Shown: positions 1 through 10,244 of the stretch, one piece after another
How the letters are laid out: every line of letters begins with the position of its first letter
Numbering within the stretch: position 1 is the first letter of the stretch
Assembly: GCA_032718475.1 (NCBI GenBank)
Contig: JAUCBJ010003198.1
Location: 1 to 60,666 of the forward strand
Length of the DNA stretch: 60,666 nt
Source: Nemertoderma westbladi
Taxonomy: Eukaryota; Animalia; Xenacoelomorpha
Direction of reading: 5' to 3'
Translations under genes and position numbers: made by a program
The notes under the pieces: generated by a model
What the model was told of the DNA's origin: nothing
The model's input: the letters and a program-made list of their open reading frames with translations, nothing else
The model's database searches: none

Positions 1-194
1 TAACAACTAGACGCATTGATAAAGGTTACGTGGCCCAATATACCAAGTATATAACCTAACGAAGATCTATTTTGTAAATAGTGTTTAAATACTTATTCCT
101 TGTCCAAATCACTGTTGCATTATTCCATTGCAATAAAGCATTATTGCAATTGGTTGTGTGGTAATTATTGAATGTTATGGGGATATTAATTTAC

Positions 195-500
195 CTAGAG
201 TTAAGTAATGCGATGGACTTCTTCTCCTCCAAACGGTTCTCATCTATGACCAACCCCCCACTCAACGACTGTATCAGTAGACTGGTGTCCATCGCGGAAG
301 ATTTCCGAGTGTCATCGCGTACCACCACCGAGGTTTGAATGGATCCACCACCTCCGCTGTAATGCGACCCACCCGAACCGGTAACTGAAATGACGTTGTC
401 ACAGAAACCCCTCCAGTTTTTTGATTTTATAAAGTGTTGGTTTTCTTCGAAGAACCACGCATCCATGTTATAGTATTCAGCTAATTCTAAGAACCCGATC
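195..500 (-). CDS. Exon of EF-hand / putative intermediate-filament-like gene (end of EF-hand 2, Gly/Ser linker, coil-1A-like start)
   Basis: Acceptor ttggtttcag|G at 501/500 and donor TCTAG|gtaaat at 195/194. The phase joins the preceding exon to give DKDDDGR-IGFLELAEYY; the exon ends ENRLEEKKSIALLNSR. The gene continues beyond the left edge. Confidence 0.85.
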
Positions 501-750
501 CTGAAACCAATTTAAAAGAGTTCTGTATAGATTAATATTTATTACGCTGTCGGGTCGTCCTACTTAAACCAGCACAAACTAAACCAGCCACCGTGGACGG
601 GAATTCTATATTCTTTTGCAAAATAATGTATCTTGAAAGTCTGACATTGATTATTATAAAGTATAAAATTCAACTACGCTGCAAACATTATAATATTACT
701 TATATACTATTTATACTATTTCCAATTAATATTAATTATTTTCATTTTAC

Positions 751-905
751 CTGCCATCATCGTCTTTATCATACACTCTCAGCAAGAGATTAACCATGGC
801 GTCAACCTCGCTCTGAGGGGCGTTTGGGTTGGGGCCTTTCACCATGTCCCAACAGAAAGTCCTCAACTCCCTTGCAGCAATAAAGCCCGTACAGTTATCG
901 TCATA
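751..905 (-). CDS. Exon encoding an EF-hand pair (calbindin/calretinin/secretagogin-like); absent from the ORF track
   Basis: Acceptor ttacag|TAT, donor GGCAG|gtaaaa. Translates YDDNCTGFIAARELRTFCWDMVKGPNPNAPQSEVDAMVNLLLRVYDKDDDG. Loops DDNCTGFIAARE and DKDDDGRIGFLE fit the 12-residue EF-hand pattern. Confidence 0.9.
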
Positions 906-974
906 CTGTAACGCAAGTCAATACATGATTGTTAGTATCAGTGTTGTTAGAGAAACGAATCATTCAATCATATG

Positions 975-1535
975 TTAGTGAAGTTTGCAGCATATATGGA
1001 CTTACCTTGAACCAGATGTTGATGAAGTTTGCAGCTGCTACGGGCTTATCTTCCCAACCAGATGTTGATGAAGTTTGCAGCTGATACGGACTTACCTTCT
1101 ACCAGATGTTGATGAAGTTTGCAGCTGATATGGGCTTACCTTCCCAACCAGATGTTGATGAAATTTGCTGCTGATATGGGCTTATCTTACCAACTGGATG
1201 TTGATGAAGTCTGCAGCTGATACGGACTTACGTTCTACCAGATGTTGATGAAGTTTGCAGCTGATATGGGCTTATCTTCAACCAGATGTTGATGAAGGTT
1301 GCAGCTGATACGGACATACCTTCTACCAGATGTTGATGAAGTTTGCAGCTGATATGGGCTTACCTTCCCAACCAGATGTTGATGAAATTTGCAGCTGATA
1401 TGGGCTTATCTTACCAACTGGATGTTGATGAAGTCTGCTGCTGATATGGACTTACCTTCAACCAGATGGTGATGAAGTCTGCTGCTAATATTGACTTACC
1501 TTCAACCAGATGTTGATGAAGTCTGCTGCTGATAT
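975..1535. repeat. Tandem array (~12-13 copies of 44-46 bp) made of an exon 3' end plus its 5' splice site
   Basis: The minus-strand unit is ATATCAGCWGCARACTTCATCAACATCTGGTTGAAG|GTAAGYCC. The first copy is the real end of exon 1500-1711. Confidence 0.9.
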
Positions 1536-1711
1536 GCTATAGGAACTGCGTTCCACAGTTCCACCTCCGGACGAGGAACTGTAACTGTAGCTAGAGCTGC
1601 TGTAACTCGTCATTTTGTCTTCGGTTATCGGTAGATCTTCTAGAGTCTGTAATCTGAGTTCTCGATCTAATCTCGATAGATCTACTTTTGATATCTTTTT
1701 ACTTCGTTTCT
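1500..1711 (-). CDS. Exon of the EF-hand gene (Ser/Gly/Tyr-rich head, ends ISAADFINIWLK)
   Basis: ORF 1485-1718 with donor AAG|gtaagt at 1500/1499 in phase 0, joining YDDNC... to give the EF-hand entering helix. The 5' boundary is either acceptor tcag| at 1712/1711 or the ATG at 1718. Confidence 0.8.
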
Positions 1712-2047
1712 CTGACATGATAATAAAATAAATATTAGATATATTTCAGTTCGAAAATATTTATCTATGTATTTGCACTGTTATTATTGAATTTTAATAA
1801 TTACACTGTACCCGTACTTGAATGTAATACAAATACAAATTGCGTGGCTTTTTGGCAAGCCTCAGATCTACTTGGAGTTCTCAAGTGCCTATTTATCGCA
1901 GTTTAACAACACCGCGTATGTTGCGTTGATATTTTTGCCAAACAGTTTTATATTTTCTCGTAAAACACACGTAAAACACATGCTTATGTTTTTAAAATAT
2001 ATGAGAAAATTATATAAAAAAAATTAAACAGCAAACAACGAACTTAC

Positions 2048-2075
2048 CTGCGGTCCCTGAGGTTGGTGTGAAGGT
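2048..2075 (-). CDS. Possible 28-nt upstream exon of the EF-hand gene
   Basis: Strong donor CAG|gtaagt at 2048/2047. cttag|ACC acceptor is weak. Reads TFTPTSGTA and is phase-compatible with the exon starting at 1711. It could instead be the end of a longer or untranslated exon. Confidence 0.4.
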
Positions 2076-2934
2076 CTAAGTTAGATTACGTGTTGTTTTA
2101 TTAATTGGTAGCTAAGCACCTATTCGCAGTAGAGCCATTGCCAACATTTATTAATTGCAATTATGTACCGACTATTCCCATTAGAGCCCGGTAATTGTTT
2201 GGCAAAGGTTAGTTTAACACAGTGTGGAATGAAAGGTGAACAACTATGTACTGTAGTAGTCTGTGACATGTATGTATGTATATTGGATATGATGAGATTT
2301 TATGCCAACTTGTTACTTATTTTCAGGGCGTGTCGGCTATGCTACCGCCCTGGTTTAGTTTGTATATTTGAGCTCCTTTCCCATCCATTTCTACAACCTC
2401 AATAACCAATAATTAATTGCTTGGAACTGTTTGTATGGTATTCGAATTGTTATTTACCTCCTTGAGATCCATTTGTATTGTAGAAGTGCCAAATATTGTC
2501 GCATATATTGTGAACCGCGCGGATTGTGAACCGCGCGGGTGTAGTTTTATGGGCAGCCATTGAAAATTCTATTATATTTTGTTCATAATGGAACGCCACC
2601 ATCGCTTTTGTTCCAATTTTCCAATTATATTTAATAAGACAATGAGTCGAGTTTCTCAAATCATGCGTGTATTCAATAACTGCGGTTATCGGGAGAGTGC
2701 TTTTGCAATCAAGGAAATTAGTTGCGTTTTTCTGTAAACCCCGTACATAAAAATGAAATAATAGCTTGAGTTAGAAACTGTTATTTATTTATTATATTTT
2801 TTGTCTTAATTACATTTTCACCAGGTTTTACTTCTTGTTTGATTCTAAAAAAACAATTGAATAAATAACCCATACATAAACTTAACCCCCCCCCCCCCCA
2901 CCCCCACCCCCACCTCCATTATTCTAAAATATAA

Positions 2935-5755
2935 AATTTACCCAATGTAGAATTAAGGAAACACTCGAGAATCTCCCAAAAATTACCTAATGTAGAATTA
3001 AGGAAACACTCGAGGATCTCCCAAAAAATTACCTAATGTAGAATTAAGGAAACACTCGAGGTTCTCCAAAAAATTACCTAATGTAGAATTAAGGAAGCAC
3101 TCGAGGATCTCCCAAAAATTACCTAATGTAGAATTAAGGAAACACTCGAGGATCTCCCAAAAATTACCTAATGTAGAATTAAGGAAACACTCGAGGATCT
3201 CCCAAAAAAACCCAATGTAGAAGTAAGGAAGCACTCGAGGATCTCCCAAAAATTACCTAATGTAGAATTAAGGAAACACTCGAGGATCTCCCAAAAATTA
3301 CCCAATGTAGAATTAAGGAAACACTCGAGGATCTCCCAAACATTAGCCAATGAAGAAGTAAGGAAGCACTCGAGGATCTCCCAAAAATTACCTAATGTAG
3401 AATTAAGGAAACACTCGAGGATCTCCCAAAAATTACCCAATGTAGAATTAAGGAAACACTCGAGGATCTCCCAAAAATTACCTAATGTAGAATTAAGGAA
3501 ACACTCGAGGATCTCCCAAAAATTACCTAATGTAGAATTAAGGAAACACTCGAGGATCTCCCAAAAATTACCTAATGTAGAATTAAGGAAACACTCGAGG
3601 ATCTCCCAAAAATTACCTAATGTAGAATTAAGGAAACACTCGAGGATCTCCCAAAAATTACCTAATGTAGAATTAAGGAAACACTCGAGGATCTCCCAAA
3701 AATTACCCAATGTAGAATTAAGGAAACACTCGAGGATCTCCCAAAAATTACCTAATGTAGAAGTAAGGAAGCACTCGAGGATCTCCCAAAAATTACCTAA
3801 TGTAGAATTAAGGAAACACTCGAGGATCTCCCAAAAATTACCCAATGTAGAATTAAGGAAACACTCGAGGATCTCCCAAAAATTACCTAATGTAGAATTA
3901 AGGAAACACTCGAGGATCTCCCAAAAATTACCTAATGTAGAATTAAGGAAGCACTCGAGGATCTCCCAAAAATTACCTAATGTAGAATTAAGGAAACACT
4001 CGAGGATCTCCCAAAAATTACCTAATGTAGAATTAAGGAAACACTCGAGGATCTCCCAAAAATTACCTAATGTAGAATTAAGGAAACACTCGAGGATCTC
4101 CCAAACATTAGCCAATGAAGAAGTAAGGAAGCACTCGAGGATCTCCCAAAAATTACCTAATGTAGAATTAAGGAAACACTCGAGGATCTCCCAAAAATTA
4201 CCTAATGTAGAATTAAGGAAACACTCGAGGATCTCCCAAAAATTACCCAATGTAGAATTAAGGAAACACTCGAGGATCTCCCAAAAATTACCTAATGTAG
4301 AATTAAGGAAACACTCGAGGATCTCCCAAAAATTACCTAATGTAGAATTAAGGAAACACTCGAGGATCTCCCAAAAATTACCTAATGTAGAATTAAGGAA
4401 ACACTCGAGGATCTCCCAAACATTAGCCAATGAAGAAGTAAGGAAGCACTCGAGGATCTCCCAAAAATTACCTAATGTAGAATTAAGGAAACACTCGAGG
4501 ATCTCCCAAAAATTACCTAATGTAGAATTAAGGAAACACTCGAGGATCTCCCAAAAATTACCCAATGTAGAATTAAGGAAACACTCGAGGATCTCCCAAA
4601 AATTACCTAATGTAGAATTAAGGAAACACTCGAGGATCTCCCAAAAAAACCCAATGTAGAAGTAAGGAAACACTCGAGGATCTCCCAAAAATTACCTAAT
4701 GTAGAATTAAGGAAGCACTCGAGGATCTCCCAAAAAATTACCTAATGTAGAATTAAGGAAACACTCGAGGATCTCCCAAAAATTACCTAATGTAGAATTA
4801 AGGAAACACTCGAGGATCTCCCAAAAAAACCCAATGTAGAAGTAAGGAAGCACTCGAGGATCTCCCAAAAATTACCCAAAGAAGTAAGGAAACACTCGAG
4901 GATCTCCCAAAAATTACCTAATGTAGAAGTAAGGAAGCACTCGAGGATCTCCTAAAAATTACCCAATGTAGAAGTAAGGAAATACTCGGAGGATCTCCCA
5001 AAAATTACCTAATGTTGAATTAAGGAAACACTCGAGGATCTCGAATTAAGGATACACTCGAGGATCTCCCAAAAATTACCCAATGTAGAATTAAGGAAAC
5101 ACTCGAGGATCTCCCAAAAATTACCCAATGTAGAAGTAAGGAAGCACTCGAGGATCTCCCAAAAATTACCTAATGTAGAAGTAAGGAAGCACTCGAGGAT
5201 CTCCCAAAAATTACCTAATGTAGAATTAAGGAAACACTCGGGGATCTCCCAAAAATTACCTAATGTAGAAGTAAGGAAGCACTCGAGGATCTCCCAAAAA
5301 TTACCTAATATAGAATTAAGGAAACACTCGAGGATCTCCAAAAAAAAACCCAATGTAGAAGTAAGGAAGCACTCGAGGATCTCCTAAAAATTACCCAATG
5401 TAGAAGTAAGGAAACACTCGGAGGATCTCCCAAAAATTACCTAATGTAGAAGTAAGGAAGCACTCGAGGATCTCCCAAAAATTACCTAATATAGAATTAA
5501 GGAAACACTCGAGGATCTCCAAAAAAAAACCCAATGTAGAAGTAAGGAAGCACTCGAGGATCTCCTAAAAATTACCCAATGTAGAAGTAAGGAAACACTC
5601 GGAGGATCTCCCAAAAATTACCTAATGTAGAATTAAGGAAACACTCGAGGATCTCCAAAAAAAACCCAATGTAGAAGTAAGGAAGCACTCGAGGATCTCC
5701 TAAAAATTACCCAATGTAGAAGTAAGGAAACACTCGAGGATCTCCCAAAAATTAC
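2935..5755. repeat. 45-bp minisatellite, ~63 copies
   Basis: Unit AATTACCTAATGTAGAATTAAGGAAACACTCGAGGATCTCCCAAA, with a recurrent variant cattagccaatgaagaagtaaggaagc; more degenerate at the right end. Confidence 0.97.
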
Positions 5756-5938
5756 ACAGAGAATTTAGTTTTCACCAAATTCCTACTTCCCTTTTAGAAT
5801 AAAACTATATTATATACCTTAATTTTTATATAAAACACGTGCCAAAGATTACAGCCACATTATCATACTATCCTGTAAATTATTACTTTACTTAACTCCA
5901 TGGCGTAAACTATTTAATATTGATTTTATTTTATGTAG

Positions 5939-6047
5939 GAGGAAATCCTGGAGTGGAAGGATAAATGTTCCCTGGCCGAGGGTCAACTAGCTGCTGTACA
6001 GGAAAGCAACCATCTCCTTAACAAAGAATTATCGGCTGCATTTGCAG
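5939..6047 (+). CDS. Exon A of plus-strand coiled-coil gene
   Basis: ttttatgtag|GAG...GCAG|gtttgt; EEILEWKDKCSLAEGQLAAVQESNHLLNKELSAAFA. Its phase-1 end fits the exon at 27068. Confidence 0.75.
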
Positions 6048-6759
6048 GTTTGTAGTTATTATTAAATATGTAGATGAAACTTCGTGAGACGAACTTCTAT
6101 GAGATAATATTATTTATGAGATTATTTACATTACTGATTGAACATTATAGGCCTACTACCGTAAACTCTTACTTATACTGTGTATTTATTCTCCATCACG
6201 ACGCCACGTTTCTAAATATCAAACCCTCGACTGGGACTCTTCTCTACAGCATGTAGAAGATCGATCATAGTTCCTCTGGGCCTTATGACACTTAATATAC
6301 GATATTATTTCATGTATGTTATCCGGTGCGCATTCCACACTACCACAATAGGATATATCTGTAATACGAAATGCGCACCGATGTCTACATTGTATCAAAT
6401 GTTCAGGGCCGGATTAAACCATATTGGGGCCCGGGTCTTTCAGTTTTACAGATATTAAATAATATTTTACTATATCAAATAATATACAGTATAGGCTAAT
6501 AACAAAACATCGTTTTATTTCGAAGAAATTTCATTTACCTAAATATTGCCCAACTGCCTCCGAAGTGGAAGTGGCCTAATTTGCAACATGATTTAGGCAC
6601 GTCTGAGACAATTATTTAATCTTAATTGATCAATAGTTCCTAACGTGTTCATTTTAAGTAGTCTATTAATATGCTTCTACTATTATCGCATAAAGATGTG
6701 TTAATTAATATTCTAGAGGGCAAGTCTGATCACACAACGATATAAGGAAACTACCAAAG

Positions 6760-7360
6760 GGAATATACCAAAAACAAACAGAAACACAACAAGATTTATC
6801 AACCACCGTAAGGCCAACTCCTTTTCTCTAATCGAGACAACTGAAACTGAAACCATTTATAATTTATTAGATTTAAACAATGCCTGCGCCAGTAATGACA
6901 GTTTCCCCATTAAACTTGTAGAACTAGCTGATGACTTAGCTCCCCACATTACTTACCTAATAAATATCTCAAGTAAAAACGCACACTTCCCAACATCTTT
7001 AAAATCCGCTAAAATATCGCCAATTTATAAAACCCAAGACCCAACTGATAAAAACAATCACAGACTGATATCCTTACGATATTCCGTAAACACTCCACTA
7101 CAACCGATGCTATACTTACAGTTACTGAGCGACTGCAATAGGTATTCGACTCACAAGAATGCGCCTGTCTGGTTTCTATTGACTTAAAGAAAGCTTTCGA
7201 TACGTTAGACCACGAAATACTATTGAAAAAACTTCCCTGCTATGGTATCCAAGGCACTCCGCATAAATTAATAGCTAGTTACCTACAAAACATAAGCCAT
7301 TCAGTCGTATTAATATAAAATCCGATTCAATTCTAGCCCCATGTGGTACTCCTCAAGGTG
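6760..7360 (+). mobile_element. Degraded LINE (CR1/L2-like) reverse-transcriptase fragment
   Basis: Frameshifted remnants FPTSLKSAKISPIYK...NHRLISL, SIDLKKAFDTLDHEILLKKL..YGIQG and CGTPQG. Confidence 0.85.
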
Positions 7361-7366
7361 CCTGGT

Positions 7367-7787
7367 CTGCAGTCCTACTCGGCGCCTGGTACAGCAGTCC
7401 TACTCGGGGCCCAGTACTACAGTCCTACTTGGGGCCGGGGACTGCAGTCCTACTCGGGGCCCAGGACTGCAGTCCTACTCGGGACCCGGGACTGCAGTCC
7501 TACTCGGGGCCCGGGACTGCAGTCCTACTTGGGGGCCCGGGACTGCAGTCCTACTTGGGGGCCCAGGACTGCAGTCCTACTCGGGGCCTGGGCCCCAAAC
7601 CTACTCGGGGGGCTGGGACTGCAGTCCTACTCTGGACCCGGGCCCCAAACCTACTGGGGGGGCCGGGAGTGCAGTCCTACTCGGGGCCCGGGACTGCAGT
7701 CCTACTCGGGGGCCCGGGACTGCAGTCCTACTCGGGGCCCGGGGCCCAAACCTACTCGGGGCCCAGGACTGCAGTCCTACTCGGGGC
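7367..7787. repeat. GC-rich ~25-bp minisatellite
   Basis: Unit GGACTGCAGTCCTACTCGGGGCCCG with ggccccaaacctactc variants. Confidence 0.92.
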
Positions 7788-7837
7788 AGCATACAGTCTG
7801 CCAGGAATTAACCGATAAGCAAAACAATATGTGATTA

Positions 7838-9750
7838 TTGAATCTCATTAGCAAGATAAATGGAGCTGTACCTAGCGACTGGACAGTAGACTCTACCTAT
7901 CGCCGCCCCTTCCATGGTCATAAGAATCATCATGATTGTGGAGCATTTATCTGCCTATATGCTCTAGCTCTAGCCACAGGCAGCAGAAATCTGCGACCTG
8001 AACATAGCAATAGTTCTAAACTCAGGGCATGGTTGAAGGGATGCATTAGTAATATTAAAATAGAGATCCCCTACTGTCGAAGTCAACTGCTAACGAGTGA
8101 CGGAATCCCCCAATTGAAAACCAAGATTACGACCACCAACAAAATCGGAGGCCTACATGATAACGACCAACTAAAAAGTGTTTATGAAAAATTGATATTG
8201 TCAACGATAGCTATAGAAATAATGAAAATTATCAGTGACTCTTATATCATAAGAAATCCAAAAGATGATTTCATCAGATTGCTTACTCCATTGGGGATGG
8301 ATGTTCTTAACAAAATACAGAAGCTGTTGCTAGGTGAAATTAAAACAAAGATCCTTGGAAAGGCTACTACAATCAGTATTACGTCTATCACCAGGCGGTG
8401 CATAGAGGAACTTACAACAGATGTAGCTGAATATTGTCTGGTCGTTGAGAGCTCTGCTATCACACCAACCTCCAGGAAGAGGGTAAACATTGGGACAATA
8501 GATTCGTTTAGTATACTACAATTGGCGGACTTGGTAGCCAATCTACAGATTGAGATAAGCTCGCTCACAAAGTAACTATTTCAAACGCAAACCAAGTTAT
8601 CTAATGTGGAAGATGCCGCCAATGGTAATTTACAGTTGCTGACTGATAAATTAGCCACTATGCATGATAAAATAAATTCAATGGAAAACACTGTCAACCG
8701 GAAGAAAGGCAAAGTCAACAGATCAAATCAGAAGAAAAGCAAAAAATGTAAAAAGAGGACTGTCATAAATATAAACAACACTCAGGAATCTGAAGAAACC
8801 GAAACAGAAAATTCAGAAATTGCGTATAGTGAGTGCAGTGAATCCAGCCATACACATACTGCAACGGAGTATGAGATTCTTGATGAGTGGAACAATAACT
8901 CAAAAACAGAAACTCGGTCACAATCCTCCTCAACAAATATGTCCTTGAAAGAGAACCCGAAATTCATAGATAATTCTAAAGCTAAACCATCAAGTATATC
9001 TGATTCAAATATAAATCACCAATCACAGAATGATGAACAACCAAGGACATCAGATATACCTCAAATCTCAGCCTCCAGCTATAGTATGGTACAACCAAGC
9101 GTCAAATGACCACTCACAATAGACGAAGTACTATGCAATAAGAACTCCACATGGCACAAAGTCATTACTCCCCAAAAGAGAACGGTTGACATCGAACTAG
9201 AAACCACAAATAAAATAAAGACAAATAATAACTTCAAGGAACTCGATTACGACTCGAAGCTTGCTACACTATTGGAAAACCAGAAGGAAATACTCAGCAT
9301 GATAAAAACGGAATCAGTGAAGGATAGTAACAGAAAGGATGGAACATATAAAGAGAAAGAGAACATAAATGGTATTACAACATACAAAGCAACTCGAAAT
9401 AATGATAAAACGGACAAAGTGAAAGATAAAGATATCCGGAATAAGGAAAGTAATATTAGTCGTAAAAACGAGCAACTCAGAACAATAAGAGTCACGGGAT
9501 TACCGTCTAATAGCAACTCATCAGACCTATCATATTTCTGTCACAAGCAAACAGGAATATACCCAGTGCATCTACGGGTGAATGGACAGAGATATGAAAA
9601 CAAAGAGGCTCTCGTCACAATAGAAGCTAAAGACACCAACACATTCCTTAACCCGGAAATGTGGCCAGGTAAACATCCAAGAACACGTCAAGAAACACAC
9701 ACCCGACACCCAGAGATCGGCAGCAGACACCAAAGCAGTCCGGTATGAGA
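7838..9750 (+). pseudogene. LINE ORF1 remnant (Ulp1/C48-like motif, coiled coil, RRM-like domain)
   Basis: ORFs 7838-8575, 8606-9109 and 9272-9748 are in one frame, separated by single stops. Motifs NHHDCGAFICLYA, TIRVTGLP and FLNPEMWPG. Confidence 0.7.
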
Positions 9751-10244
9751 ATCGACATGTTCAACATCAGCATGGCTTGCAAACTAAATCTTCCAGCGCA
9801 GCATTCACACACTACAGTGCTCCCAGACAACAAGGGGTGAGGAATATCTATAACGGCTATTCCAGAGATCATTACAGATCCATTGGGAATCGACATCGAA
9901 GCACAGAATACTATAACGATGTGCAGCAACGTAATAACAATTATACTGACTTTTATGGGAAGAGATATCATGCATACTATAACACCACCCACAATAATGC
10001 GATGAGGTACAACCACAAACTTGATATTAGATTCTATAATTCAGAATCTCATATAAATTACAATGGTGAATGGCGGCTCAGCGATAATCAACGTAATTAC
10101 TATCTTGACAATGGAGCAAACAGAACTCATTTTTAAATAACCATTTCAAAGCGGAGATACCTTCTATGATCTAGCTCCAAAAATAACTCCAAAGGAAAAT
10201 ATTAACTCATACTCATCAACTCATACGTAAAACCAGAAGGGTGA

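Noticed and set aside
2185-2351. Possible plus-strand micro-exons with AG/GT boundaries
   Set aside because: No coherent frame or start codon links them to the exon at 5939; they could be chance matches.
2998-5353. ORFs of repeated NFWEILECFLNSTLG
   Set aside because: Artefact of the 45-bp minisatellite.
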